DNA from: an uncultured bacterium
GTDB taxonomy: Bacteria; Auribacterota; Erginobacteria; Erginobacterales; Erginobacteraceae
Direction: 5' to 3'
Assembly: GCA_963822585.1 (NCBI GenBank)
Contig: CAWGIE010000035.1
Span: 224,001 to 288,000, forward strand
Length of the DNA: 64,000 nucleotides
Shown here: one piece after another, positions 27,984 to 38,241 of the stretch
How the letters are laid out: the number at the start of each line of letters is the position of its first letter
How positions within the stretch are numbered: the stretch's first letter is position 1
The notes under the pieces: model-generated
What the model was told of the DNA's origin: nothing
Database searches by the model: none
The model's input: only the letters and a program-made list of their open reading frames with translations
Program-made: the position numbers and the translations under genes

Positions 27984-29387
27984 ATGGCTACCGTAACTTT
28001 TTTGGGCGCATCCGGGGGCGTGACCGGGTCCCGCTTCCTGGTCCGGAGCGAGAAAAGCAGTGTGCTGGTCGATTGCGGACTGTTCCAGGAACGGGAATTC
28101 CGTTCCCGGAACTGGGATGCCTTTCCGGTGCCGCCGCGGGAGATAGAGGCCGTGGTCCTGACCCATGCCCATATCGATCATTGCGGCTATCTTCCGAAAC
28201 TGGTTCGGGAAGGATTCGGGGGCCCCGTATTCTGTACACCGCCGACCGCGGAAGTGGCGCGGGTGACCCTCCTCGATTCGGCCAAGCTGCAGGAAGAAGA
28301 CGCCGCCTATAAGAAACGCCGGCACGAAAAAGAAAAGAGGGAAAGCCCCTATCCCCCGGTCCCTCTCTATACGGTGAAAGACGCCGAAGCGGTCATGCCT
28401 CTTCTCCGGACCGCCCCCTATGAAGAGCCGGTCGAGGTCGCCCCGGGGGTATCGGTTTTGTTCCGGGACGCCGGCCATATCATCGGCTCCTCCATCGTGG
28501 AACTCCGGTTGCGGGATGGAGGCAGCCAGAAAAGACTGGTCTTTTCCGGAGATCTCGGCCGGAAGCACAACCCACTCCTGCATGACCCCGCAGTCGTGGA
28601 AGGAGCGGACTATCTTTTCCTGGAATCCACCTATGGAGATCGTAACCATGAGAGCCGATCCGAAGCGATCGGTACCCTGCAGAGAGTCATCGTGGAGACC
28701 GCCGGCCGGGGCGGGAAGGTGATTATCCCCACCTTTGCCGTCGAGCGCGCCCAGGAGCTGCTTTATTTTATCAAGCGCCTGACGGCGGAGGGGAAAATTC
28801 CTTCCCTGGCCGTGTTCGTTGACAGCCCGATGGCGATCGACATCACCAAGATTTACCGGGCTTTCCCCGAGTATCTCGATCGGGAGGACCTTTCCGGCAT
28901 CCGGCCCGGCGAGTCGCCTTTCTCCTTTCCGGGGCTGAAGATGACCCGGTCAACCGAAGACTCGAAGGCCATCAACCGTCACCCGGGGAGCGCCATTATC
29001 ATGGCCGGGTCGGGAATGTGCACCGGGGGAAGGATCAAGCATCACCTGGTCCAGAACATCTCCCGGCCGGAGAGCGCCATTCTTTTTGTCGGTTATCAGG
29101 CCCGGGGGACGCTGGGGCGGATCATCCTGGATCGTCCTTCGGAGGTGCGTATCCTGGGAGATCAGCATCCGGTCCGGGCCCGGATCGAACAGATTAACGG
29201 GTTCTCCGCCCACGCCGATAAGGACGAACTGCTGGAGTGGCTTTCAGGGTTTACGACCCCGCCGCGGAAGCTCTTTGTTATCCACGGAGAAGAACAATCT
29301 TCTCAAGCCCTGGCCGCGGCCGTCCGGGAGAGGTTCGGATGGGAGACGGTGGTGCCGGAGTACCTGGAGACGTATTCTTTAAGATAG
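27984..29387 (+). CDS. Beta-CASP metallo-beta-lactamase family ribonuclease
   Basis: THAHIDHCG, AGHIIGS, FSGDLG, ESTYG, GSGMCTGGRI, FSAHAD, VIHGE. Confidence 0.93.
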   Translation: MATVTFLGASGGVTGSRFLVRSEKSSVLVDCGLFQEREFRSRNWDAFPVPPREIEAVVLTHAHIDHCGYLPKLVREGFGGPVFCTPPTAEVARVTLLDSAKLQEEDAAYKKRRHEKEKRESPYPPVPLYTVKDAEAVMPLLRTAPYEEPVEVAPGVSVLFRDAGHIIGSSIVELRLRDGGSQKRLVFSGDLGRKHNPLLHDPAVVEGADYLFLESTYGDRNHESRSEAIGTLQRVIVETAGRGGKVIIPTFAVERAQELLYFIKRLTAEGKIPSLAVFVDSPMAIDITKIYRAFPEYLDREDLSGIRPGESPFSFPGLKMTRSTEDSKAINRHPGSAIIMAGSGMCTGGRIKHHLVQNISRPESAILFVGYQARGTLGRIILDRPSEVRILGDQHPVRARIEQINGFSAHADKDELLEWLSGFTTPPRKLFVIHGEEQSSQALAAAVRERFGWETVVPEYLETYSLR

Positions 29388-29417
29388 ACCTTATTCGAAA
29401 AGGTTTTCGTAGCTCGC

Positions 29418-29588
29418 AAATCCTAAATCCTAAATATCGAAATCCTAAATAATATCCAAAATCCAAATGACTAAAATATCTCAAACAATCGCCGGCTTCA
29501 GACCGCGATATTTTGGAGTATTTGTTTTGATCATTTGATATTATTTAGAATTGATTTAGGATTTCCGCCAGAGGCGGATTAGCATTTG
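29418..29588. repeat. Heptamer-period palindrome, family B, with an inserted TCCGCCAGAGGCGGA mini-hairpin
   Basis: Arms match 13829-13986; insert at about 29564-29578. Confidence 0.8.
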
Positions 29589-29679
29589 CTAGGATATTCC
29601 TGTTCGAGATTACAGCTTTTCGAATAGGCTCATGTTATGAAACATTTAATATCTCTTCCAGTCCCGCGGTCTTGAATAT

Positions 29680-30332
29680 ATGGAAATAGTACTGGCAACC
29701 CGTTCTCCCCGGAGGAAGGCCCTCCTTGCTTTCGCGGGGGTGCCGTTCATCCCTTTCTCCGCCACCGTCACCGAGGTCGTTTATCCGCGCTTGCCCGCAA
29801 AGACCGCCCGCCGCAACGCGGAAGCGAAAGCCGCCCGGGGCGCCCGCGCGCAACCCGGCGCAATCGTACTCGCCGCCGATACCGTCGTTTGCCTGGATAC
29901 AATCTTCGGCAAGCCGGAGACCCGCTCCGCTGCCCGGGAAATGCTGAGAACGCTTTCCGGCCGGACGCACGCGGTCCACACCGCGGTGGCGTTGATCTGT
30001 CCCGGGGCGCGCCGCCAAAAATCCGGGTCGCCGTTTCCCGGGTGACGATGCGAAACCTGGATGAGAAAACCATCTCCCGGTATCTCGGCCTGGTCAACCC
30101 GCTTGATAAAGCGGGAGGGTATGCCGTCCAGGAACACGGCGAGATTCTGATCGAGAAGATCGAGGGCTCACTGACCAATGTGATCGGCTTGCCGTTGGAA
30201 CTCCTGGCGGAACTCTTTGCCCGCTTCCCGGGAACCCGGCGCTACGCCGCCCGTTTAAAAGCGGCGGCGGAAACATGCCGCTTTAACGTGAGTGCCTATG
30301 CCCGCCCGCCGGGTCAACCATCTTTTTGGTGA
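29680..30332 (+). CDS. maf: Maf-family nucleoside triphosphate pyrophosphatase (frameshift near 30017-30021)
   Basis: LATRSPRRK, AADTVV, GKP, LSGRTH in one frame; DKAGGYAVQ, NVIGLP in the next; A5 run at the junction. Confidence 0.85.
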
Positions 30333-30379
30333 TGTCAACCCCCCGGGTCAGCTTGTAGGACGTGAGGGACAAGAAGTAT

Positions 30380-31765
30380 ATGAAGTCAACTGAAAATAGC
30401 GCGATCGGCAGTAACACGCCCGGGTTCTTAAGAATTACGCGTGGTGTCGCCCTTGTCGGCTTGCCCGTCCTTGCCGCGGGCTTCCGCGGGGGGTACGCCC
30501 TCTTCCCGGATCTGACCTGGCTGGACTACGGCTTCAAGATATTCCTCGCCGGGACGGTGGGGATCTGGACCAATTGCATCGCCATCCGGATGCTTTTCCG
30601 CCCCCGGGTCCGCACCGCCTTCGGACGCCAGGGCCTGATTCCCGCCCGGCGGGAGGAACTGTCCGCCGCCGTCGCCGCCGCCGTGGCCCGGGAGCTCCTC
30701 GACCCGGAGACGATCCGCCGCGCCATCGAGAAGAATGACATGATCGGTAAGGGCGCCGTCCGGGCACTGGCCAGGGGGAGACTCTGGATGGCCCGGCCGG
30801 CCAACCGAGCCCGGCTGGTCGCCATGGTCGGGCGCTACTGCCAGGCCCACGGGGAGGATTACCTCGACAGTTACCTCGACCGGATCATGGAATCCCTCTA
30901 CCGTTTCTTCGATGAAAAGGTCTCCGGGGAGACAGTCTGGCCGATGCTGGAAAAGGCCCTGGCCCGGGAACTGAGAAAACCGGACAACCGGCAGGTCGCC
31001 ACCCGGATGATCGTCAGCCTGCTCGACGAAAACGCCCCGGCCCTCGCCGCCCTGACCGACCGGATGATCCAGGACTGGATCCGCCGGCATGCCGGCGGGT
31101 GGCGTCAGCTCCTTCTTTTGCTGGGAAAAGGCTTTTTCCGTCTCGACGAAGACTATATCCGGGACGAGCTGCGGGAAATAATCTCCCGGCCCGGGTTCTT
31201 CGAGCGGGTCCTCGATCTGGTGAATGAGAATATCCCCCGCCTCTCCCGGATCGGTCAGGATCCAGAGTTCCGGGAGAAAATCACCTCCCTGATTGAGGAA
31301 GAAAAGGGGCGGTTCAGGGTCTATCTTCGGGAGAAGGGTCTCGACCTGGCCCGGACCAGGATCCTCGACTTCCTGGAGTCGGCGGTCTTCTGGTCCTGGC
31401 TGGACCGGCAGCTGGAGGTAGTCGTGAAGACGATGGAGAGGTACGCCCGGAAAAAGATCACTTCCGGGGAGTTCCGGATCTTGAGCGACAACCTGTTGGA
31501 GCAGACGCTGAAGCGGCTGGACATTGACCGGGTGGTCTGCGAGAGGATCTCCTCTTTCGACCTTGAGCGGCTGGAGCGGTTGGTCCGGAAGGTCTCCGGC
31601 GAGAACCTCTGCGGGATCGAGCTTTTCGGGGGAATCCTGGGGATGGTGGCCGGCCTGGTCCTGATCAGCCCCCTCTGGGCCGCCGGCATCGCTGCCGCCC
31701 TCGCTCTCTTCCTTCTCGCCGAGCGATGCTTCCCGGTTCGAAATTTCTCCGGGAAGAACAAATAA
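30380..31765 (+). CDS. DUF445-family membrane protein
   Basis: VGIWTNCIAIRMLFRP...QGLIPARR, terminal IELFGGILG. Confidence 0.85.
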   Translation: MKSTENSAIGSNTPGFLRITRGVALVGLPVLAAGFRGGYALFPDLTWLDYGFKIFLAGTVGIWTNCIAIRMLFRPRVRTAFGRQGLIPARREELSAAVAAAVARELLDPETIRRAIEKNDMIGKGAVRALARGRLWMARPANRARLVAMVGRYCQAHGEDYLDSYLDRIMESLYRFFDEKVSGETVWPMLEKALARELRKPDNRQVATRMIVSLLDENAPALAALTDRMIQDWIRRHAGGWRQLLLLLGKGFFRLDEDYIRDELREIISRPGFFERVLDLVNENIPRLSRIGQDPEFREKITSLIEEEKGRFRVYLREKGLDLARTRILDFLESAVFWSWLDRQLEVVVKTMERYARKKITSGEFRILSDNLLEQTLKRLDIDRVVCERISSFDLERLERLVRKVSGENLCGIELFGGILGMVAGLVLISPLWAAGIAAALALFLLAERCFPVRNFSGKNK

Positions 31766-31780
31766 CCGGACAAGGGATGC

Positions 31781-31866
31781 CTGATCACGGGCACTGGCCA
31801 CTGATTACCGATTACTGATTACCGATCACCGATCACCGATTACTGATTACTGATCACCGATTACCG
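31781..31866. repeat. Heptamer tandem repeat, family F, providing the pfk stop codon
   Basis: ACTGATT/ACCGATC units; the pfk TGA lies at 31854-31856 inside the array. Confidence 0.85.
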
Positions 31867-33194
31867 GCTGCCGCTCCGCGCCCGATCAGCGTGATGGGCT
31901 GCCCCGTGGTGGAAAGGACTTCCCGCCAGAGTTCTCCTTCCGGATCGACCTGTTTGCGTTTCGAGATCGCCAGGGGAAGGGGGACATGGGTGAAGCAGCT
32001 GTGCCAGTAACCGATCAGCAGGTCGGTTTTCCCCGCCATCGCCGCGTCGACCGCCCGTCTTCCCAGAGCGGCGGCGAACATGGAGTCGTTGGCGTTGGCG
32101 GGGACGCTGCGGATCGTGTAGCTGGGATCGATATATTTTAAGTCGATCTGAATTTTCTTCTTTTTGAAATGCTCGATAATCGCGTTCTTGAGGAAGAAGC
32201 CGACATCTCCGAGCCTGATGTTGCCGGAAGCGTCATAGGTGGCGGCGGCCTGCTTCTCTTCCATTAATTTTTGTCCGGCTCCTTCCGCCACCACCACCAC
32301 CGCGTGATGCCGCCGGGCAAGCCTTTTTTGCAGCACAGCGAAGACGCCGCCCTCGCCTTCAAGGGTGAAGGGGACCTCGGGGATCAGGCAGAGATTGACG
32401 TCATTGGCGGCGATGGTGGTGAAACCGGCGATAAAACCCGATTGACGTCCCATGACCTTGACCAGGCCGACGGCATTGTAGGCGCTGACCGCCTCGGAAT
32501 GCGCGCAGCGGACGGCCTCCCGGGCCACGGTAACGGCGGTATCGACGCCGAATGTCCGGTAGACGTAACAGATGTCATTATCGATGGTCTTGGGAACGCC
32601 GACCACGGCGATTTTAAGCCGCCGCCGGTTAATCGTCCGGAATATCTGGTGCAGTCCTTTCTGGGTGCCATCGCCCCCCAGGCATAAAAGAATGTTGATC
32701 CCGCGGCGTTCGAGCGTATCGACCATGATTTCCGGATCAACCGCGCCCCGCGAGGTCCCCAGAACCGATCCTCCCTGGAGATGGATGTCTTTGACGAATT
32801 CCGGGTCGAGGTTAATGAGTTTGTGCTTGAAAGCCGGGTCGAGTCCTTTCTGTCCGTACTGAATGCCGAGAATATGCTTGACCTGGTATTTATAGAAAAG
32901 CTGCATGACGATGGAGCGGATGGCGTCGTTCAGTCCGGGGCAGAGACCTCCGCAGGTCATGATCCCGGCGGTGACATCGTCGGGACGGAAGTAGATCATC
33001 TTTCGCGGCCCGGCGGCCTCGAAGGCCAGATCCCGCGTTTCCGGGTCGCAGTCCGACTGGATGCAGTAGGGGACGGTGACCCGGTCATTCATGAAGTTCA
33101 CGATCCCGTCTCCGCGAATGGTGGAAAATCCGATCGGAGACTGGACCGTCGGTTTTCCCAGCCTCCGTATCCGGAAATAATCTTTCTTCAGCAT
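31854..33194 (-). CDS. pfkA: 6-phosphofructokinase, group X/plant-spirochete-like, probably ATP-dependent
   Basis: TCGGLCPG, GGSVLGTSRG, GGDGT, PKTIDND, MGRQSG, YIDPSY. Confidence 0.9.
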   Translation of the reverse strand: MLKKDYFRIRRLGKPTVQSPIGFSTIRGDGIVNFMNDRVTVPYCIQSDCDPETRDLAFEAAGPRKMIYFRPDDVTAGIMTCGGLCPGLNDAIRSIVMQLFYKYQVKHILGIQYGQKGLDPAFKHKLINLDPEFVKDIHLQGGSVLGTSRGAVDPEIMVDTLERRGINILLCLGGDGTQKGLHQIFRTINRRRLKIAVVGVPKTIDNDICYVYRTFGVDTAVTVAREAVRCAHSEAVSAYNAVGLVKVMGRQSGFIAGFTTIAANDVNLCLIPEVPFTLEGEGGVFAVLQKRLARRHHAVVVVAEGAGQKLMEEKQAAATYDASGNIRLGDVGFFLKNAIIEHFKKKKIQIDLKYIDPSYTIRSVPANANDSMFAAALGRRAVDAAMAGKTDLLIGYWHSCFTHVPLPLAISKRKQVDPEGELWREVLSTTGQPITLIGRGAAAGNR

Positions 33195-34374
33195 TAAGGT
33201 CGTTCTCCGGTTTTTTCATCTCATGGTAACGGGGGAGGAAGATGGTTAAGTCGCTTCCCCGCCCCGGCTCGCTGACCACTTCAATGCAACCACCGTGCCC
33301 TTCCACGATCCCGATCGCGGCGGAGAGCCCCAGACCGGTTCCTGTTTTATCAGCCTTGGTACTGAAAAAGGGGTCGAAAATCTGTTCCCGGATCTCCCTC
33401 TCCATCCCGATGCCCGTGTCGGAGACGCGGATCGAGACGCAGTCTTTGCCTTTCAGGCGGGGGTAGACCAGGAGCAGGGACTGGTCGGGGCGGCTGTTTC
33501 CAAGGGCGACGGTCAGAGTGCCCCCCTGGGGCATGGCCTCGCATCCGTTGATACAGATATTCAGAATCACCTGGTTGAGCAGGGAAGGGTCGCCGAAAAT
33601 TGTCAGGACCTCGGCTCCGGTTTCCAGCCGGACATCGATGTTCTTGTCCGCCGTTTCGGAGATGATCGGAAGCAGGGAACGGATCAGGACGCTTGCCTCA
33701 AGGGGCCGGGGCCGGTATTCTTCTTCCCGGGCGAAGGCCAGCAGCGCTTTGGTCAGATTGGCGCCGCGCCAGGCCAGTTTTTCGATCTTCTCCAGATCGG
33801 TCGAAAATGATTTTGACCGGGGGCCCTCCTGTTGCAGCAGGACGGCGTAATTGATGATCCCGGCGAGGATGTTGTTAAAATCATGGGCGATACCCCCGGC
33901 CAGTGTACCGATCGCTTTTATCTTCTGCGCCTGCCGGAGGTGTTCTTCCGTCCGTTTCTTTTCCCGGAGAAGGCGCTGATGAGAAAGCACCTGTTCAATA
34001 ACCGAGGGAAGAATTTCGAGATATTTCCCCGCGATGTCCTTGATGATGTAATCGACCGCTCCCTGCCTGAGAGCTTCCACCGCCACCTCGGCCTTGTGTT
34101 CGACGGTGACCATGATAATCGGTGGCAGGGGTCCGCGCGTGGCGAGTACCCGGATCACTTCCAGGCCGGAGTAATGGGGCATCGTCTGATCAACCAGGAT
34201 GACGTCATAGGGGGTGTTTTCGCATAAAGCCAGCCCGGTCTCGCCGTCCGACGCCACATCAACCTGGTACCCGGCCCGCTGCAGATGAAGACGGGTGATT
34301 TTTCTCAAACCGTCGTCATCTTCCATGTAGAGAACCCGGGGAGGGGTGTTCTCTTTACCGGCTGGCATGTTCAT
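33085..34374 (-). CDS. Hybrid response regulator - histidine kinase (REC-HisKA-HATPase)
   Basis: N-terminal REC domain, GGIAHDFNNIL, DTGIGM, FDPFFSTK, GTGLGL. True end is probably a TAATG overlap at about 33194 if one A is missing from the A6 run. Confidence 0.9.
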   Translation of the reverse strand: MNMPAGKENTPPRVLYMEDDDGLRKITRLHLQRAGYQVDVASDGETGLALCENTPYDVILVDQTMPHYSGLEVIRVLATRGPLPPIIMVTVEHKAEVAVEALRQGAVDYIIKDIAGKYLEILPSVIEQVLSHQRLLREKKRTEEHLRQAQKIKAIGTLAGGIAHDFNNILAGIINYAVLLQQEGPRSKSFSTDLEKIEKLAWRGANLTKALLAFAREEEYRPRPLEASVLIRSLLPIISETADKNIDVRLETGAEVLTIFGDPSLLNQVILNICINGCEAMPQGGTLTVALGNSRPDQSLLLVYPRLKGKDCVSIRVSDTGIGMEREIREQIFDPFFSTKADKTGTGLGLSAAIGIVEGHGGCIEVVSEPGRGSDLTIFLPRYHEMKKPENDLNAEERLFPDTEAGKTDGPVSDRIFHHSRRRDRELHE

Positions 34375-34572
34375 CTCCTGGATTAATACGAGTACTATAG
34401 CAGAGGAGAATCACCGAAGGGTATTATTTTATCCGGGTATCCCTCAAGTTAATTCTTTTTCCGGGGTCCGCCCTTTTTAATCCCCGCGCCTCTCAATTCA
34501 CGAAAACCTTTTCGAGAATGGTCTGGTTATGCTATTTTCTCCCGGAACCGATTACCTTGAGAGAGGTTATTA

Positions 34573-35661
34573 ATGGAGCGGATGAATGTCTTGTGCGTCC
34601 TGGGGACCCGGCCGGAAGTAATCAAAGTCGCTCCGGTCATCGCGGCTTTGCGCGAAGATCCCGGTTTTTTCCGGGTGCGGATTTTGGCGACAGCCCAACA
34701 CCGGGAGATGCTTGATCAAATGTTGGCTGTTTTCTCGCTCTCGCCGGATGTGGATTTTGACCTGATGCGACCGGGCCAGTCGCTGGATGATCTTACTTCC
34801 CGGGTGATCGCGGAGATGAGCAGGTACCTCTCTTCGCATCAGGTCGATCTTGTTCTGGCTCAGGGAGATACCAGCACGGTCATGGCGACCGCGATCGCCT
34901 GTTTTCACGGGAAGGTCCCTTTTGGACATATTGAGGCCGGGCTGAGGACGGGGAATCTTGCCGCGCCCTTCCCGGAGGAGTTCAATCGCCGGGTTGCCGA
35001 TCTGGTCGCGACCTATCATTTCGCCCCCACCGCGACCGCCGCCGACCACCTGCTTCGAGAAGGCATCTCTTCACTTTCGATCCATGTCACGGGCAATCCG
35101 GTAATCGATGCTCTGCGGTTCGTTGTTGCTCATACCGACCCGCCTCCGCTTCCGATACCGGAGGGGAAGCCGTACGTTCTCATGACGTGTCACCGCCGGG
35201 AAATTTTCGGGAGCCCGATCCGTGAAATTTTTACCACGGTGCGGGATTACTTTTCCAAACACCGGGAGTGCCATCTCTGGTATCCGGTTCATCCCAATCC
35301 CCATGTCGCCACCCCCGCATATGAGATGCTGGCCGATCACCCGAACATCACCCTTACCGGGCCGCTGGATTACGTCGCTTTCAGTCACGCCATGGAAAGA
35401 GCCAAACTGATGCTCTCCGATTCCGGCGGTGTTCAGGAAGAGGCGCCCGCGCTGGGCAAACCGGTTCTGGTATTAAGGGATGCTACCGAGCGACCGGAAG
35501 GAATCAAAGCGGGGACATGCCTCCTGGTCGGTCCGCATCGTGACCGGATCGAGGCGGGGCTTGACCGTCTCCTCTTCGACGAGAGCGAATATCAACGAAT
35601 GGCCGGGGCCCGCAATCCCTACGGCGATGGGAAGGCGGCTCCCCGGATCGTGGCCGTATGA
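34573..35661 (+). CDS. wecB: UDP-N-acetylglucosamine 2-epimerase (non-hydrolysing)
   Basis: GTRPEVIK, QHREML, QGDT, HIEAGLR, PEEFNR, DSGGVQEEAP, NPYGDG. Confidence 0.95.
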   Translation: MERMNVLCVLGTRPEVIKVAPVIAALREDPGFFRVRILATAQHREMLDQMLAVFSLSPDVDFDLMRPGQSLDDLTSRVIAEMSRYLSSHQVDLVLAQGDTSTVMATAIACFHGKVPFGHIEAGLRTGNLAAPFPEEFNRRVADLVATYHFAPTATAADHLLREGISSLSIHVTGNPVIDALRFVVAHTDPPPLPIPEGKPYVLMTCHRREIFGSPIREIFTTVRDYFSKHRECHLWYPVHPNPHVATPAYEMLADHPNITLTGPLDYVAFSHAMERAKLMLSDSGGVQEEAPALGKPVLVLRDATERPEGIKAGTCLLVGPHRDRIEAGLDRLLFDESEYQRMAGARNPYGDGKAAPRIVAV

Positions 35662-35934
35662 AGGGAGAGCCTTTCCAGCCCTGGGGAGGAGAGCGGAGAA
35701 GTGCCTAAAGTTTAAAGTTAAAAGTGCCTAAAGTTTTCGCTTTCGCCGGTTCTTTACGGAAATAAATTCCGCCGCCGGCGTGAACTTGCCGCTTCGGAAT
35801 TCTCAACCCGAGGCTGATGCGCCTCTGGCGCACAATTAATGAGTAAAAATTATCGTTTTGGCGTGAACCGTTGGATTCAAACTAATCAAAACAACGTTAA
35901 CAATTTCCCTCGACCGTGAAATAGAATAGCTCAC

Positions 35935-35961
35935 TAAATTAGCGGCGAAGCCGCTAATTTA
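35935..35961. repeat. 27-bp hairpin TAAATTAGCGGC-GAA-GCCGCTAATTTA directly before an RBS, family G
   Basis: Identical copy at 44016-44042. Confidence 0.85.
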
Positions 35962-35977
35962 ATAGGAGACGGTTATC

Positions 35978-36397
35978 ATGCCGGTATATGAAACAGGGAA
36001 GGTAATTCTGGAAGGACTTCCGCATGGTTCGGACCTGCTGGAGACGATGACCGATCTCGCCCGGAGAGAAGGGATCCAAACCGGTGTCATCTCCGCGATC
36101 GGAGCGGTTCAGCGGGCGAGGATCGGATACTACGACCAGGAGTCGCGGCAGTATCAGGAGCGGGATATCGAAGAGCGGTTGGAGATCTGCTCCTGCCTGG
36201 GGAACGTATCGATCAAAGACGGTGAGATTTTCGTTCACGCACATATCACCCTGGCGAGCGCCGACGGAATGGTTATCGGAGGGCATCTCTGCGCGGGGAC
36301 CCGGGTCTTCGCGGCGGAATGCCTGCTTCGCGAATTGCGGGGGGAACCGCTGCGGCGCGGCTACGACCAGATAACCGGTCTCTCCCTCTGGAAATAA
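35978..36397 (+). CDS. PPC/DUF296-domain protein
   Basis: AIGAV, EICSCLGN, HAHITL, GGHL. Confidence 0.9.
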   Translation: MPVYETGKVILEGLPHGSDLLETMTDLARREGIQTGVISAIGAVQRARIGYYDQESRQYQERDIEERLEICSCLGNVSIKDGEIFVHAHITLASADGMVIGGHLCAGTRVFAAECLLRELRGEPLRRGYDQITGLSLWK

Positions 36398-36436
36398 ATT
36401 TGTTCGCCCCGATAAAATCGGGGCGAACAAATTTAT
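36394..36436. terminator. 20-bp-arm perfect palindrome at the DUF296 stop, with a CCCCGAT...ATCGGGG REP core
   Basis: ATAAATTTGTTCGCCCCGAT-AAA-ATCGGGGCGAACAAATTTAT. Confidence 0.6.
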
Positions 36437-36521
36437 GTGAATCACAATATCCTGAAATGAATTCAGGTTGATGATGATTAGGGGTTGAGTAGAGATCCAA
36501 TACTTCACGCCTTCGGATGTT

Positions 36522-36732
36522 CAATAATCTCATTTTTCCTCCGGAAAAATGAGAATGTGCAAGCATTGAAACAACAGTGCAGGGATATTTTAAAGAAAAT
36601 TCGTGTAATCCTTCGGCTACGTTCAGGACAAGTTTCGCGCAATTCGTAGTTTTATTTAGTCGCCCGAGTCCCGGTAAACCCCGATTAAAACTTCGGGGCG
36701 AAGGCGGGGTCGACTGCGCGAGGGCTCAGTTT
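36522..36732 (+). repeat. Composite repeat, family H
   Basis: 36522-36668 matches 60020-60190; 36661-36732 matches 58660-58730. Confidence 0.85.
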
Positions 36733-36733
36733 C

Positions 36734-38179
36734 ATGCGGAAGTTCATCTATCTGCTGACGGCATTTTTCCTCTCCGGTTGCGGGAAGGTACCTTCTTCAC
36801 CGGATATCCGGGTTGACGGCCGGTTCGCCGATTGGACCGGGATTCCCCCCGCTTATTCCGATCCCTGGGGGGATGCAACCGGGATCGACATCGGGCGGCT
36901 CTGGATGGCAAACAACACCCGCCGCCTTTTTATCCGTTTTGAACTGGGAAAGGAGATATCCCTGCAGACAGCCAACGACCTGGTCCTTTACCTGGACACT
37001 GATGACAACGCCGAAACGGGAAAACCGGTCGGAGTTCTGGGGGCCGACCTCTCCTGGATTTTCGGCGAGAGGAAGGGGTACCGGTGGACCGGCGAGGAGG
37101 CTTCCCCCGTCAATGCCTATGACCTGGGACTGATCAGCGCGCCCACCACCACCTCCCGGCAATTCGAGATGGAGTTTGTCGCCCCCCCCGGAAAGGATAT
37201 CCGGTCGTTTCTCTCCGCCGGCCCCCGGATCCGATGGATGCTGCGGGATGAAGGAAGCCCGTCGGGCGATAGCGCTCCCGACCCGGGAGCGGAGCTGAAC
37301 TATCTCTTGAGCGGGGCGGCTCCTCCTCCCTATCCGGCGATCAGCCTGGAGAAGGATAACCCGGGGTATCTGCGGTTTCTCACCTATAATACCTGGTGGG
37401 ACAATCTTTTTCAGGAACGCGAGGCGCTCTTCCGCGTTCTTTCCACGATCAAACCGGACATCATCACCTTCCAGGAGGTGGGCACCCACTCCCGGGAAGA
37501 AGTCGAGGAGATTATCGAGAAGATACTGGGAGGAGACTGGCATTCGGCCCGGGAGAAGGACACGGTCACGGTCAGCAGGTACCCGATCACCTTTGTCCGT
37601 CCGATAGACGGCAACCTGGGCACCCTGATCGATCTCCCGGCTGAGATGGGCCCTCGGGATATTTTCGTCATCAACGTCCACCTCCCGTTCGGCGCCAACG
37701 ACCGCGGGCGGCAGAAAGAAGTAGATGATATCATCCGGTTTATCACGGATGCGCGGGAGGAGCCGGCCGGCGCCCCGTTCCCGCCGGAAACACCGATCGT
37801 GATTATCGGGGACATGAATATGGTCGGCGAATCCCGGTCGCTGGATACTCTGCTGGGCGCCCCGGAGGGGAACGCGGGCGCGTCCGGCGCCCGGGAGGGA
37901 CCGGACTGGGACGGCACCGCCCTGACCGATCTGCTCCCCTATCACAGCGGGGCCCCGGAATCATATACCTGGATGAGCAGCCAGAGGACCGGTTTCGGGC
38001 CCGGGCGTCTCGATCTGGTGATCTATACCGATTCGGTGTTGGAACCGGCCAAGTCGTATATTTTCTGCCCCGGCACCATGTCGGAGGGGGAACTGAAAAA
38101 ATATGGACTGCGCCGCGACGACGGAACGAAGCTCAGCGATCACTCGCCGGTCGTGGTCGACTTCGTGATCAAAAAGTAG
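36734..38179 (+). CDS. Endonuclease/exonuclease/phosphatase-family lipoprotein
   Basis: Lipobox FLSGC; TYN, FQEV, GDMN, RLD, SDHSPV motifs. Confidence 0.85.
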   Translation: MRKFIYLLTAFFLSGCGKVPSSPDIRVDGRFADWTGIPPAYSDPWGDATGIDIGRLWMANNTRRLFIRFELGKEISLQTANDLVLYLDTDDNAETGKPVGVLGADLSWIFGERKGYRWTGEEASPVNAYDLGLISAPTTTSRQFEMEFVAPPGKDIRSFLSAGPRIRWMLRDEGSPSGDSAPDPGAELNYLLSGAAPPPYPAISLEKDNPGYLRFLTYNTWWDNLFQEREALFRVLSTIKPDIITFQEVGTHSREEVEEIIEKILGGDWHSAREKDTVTVSRYPITFVRPIDGNLGTLIDLPAEMGPRDIFVINVHLPFGANDRGRQKEVDDIIRFITDAREEPAGAPFPPETPIVIIGDMNMVGESRSLDTLLGAPEGNAGASGAREGPDWDGTALTDLLPYHSGAPESYTWMSSQRTGFGPGRLDLVIYTDSVLEPAKSYIFCPGTMSEGELKKYGLRRDDGTKLSDHSPVVVDFVIKK

Positions 38180-38241
38180 CCGCTTCCCCCGCCTCGCCCC
38201 CTTTTAATAACCACTAATCTCACGAATCCACACGAATTTGC

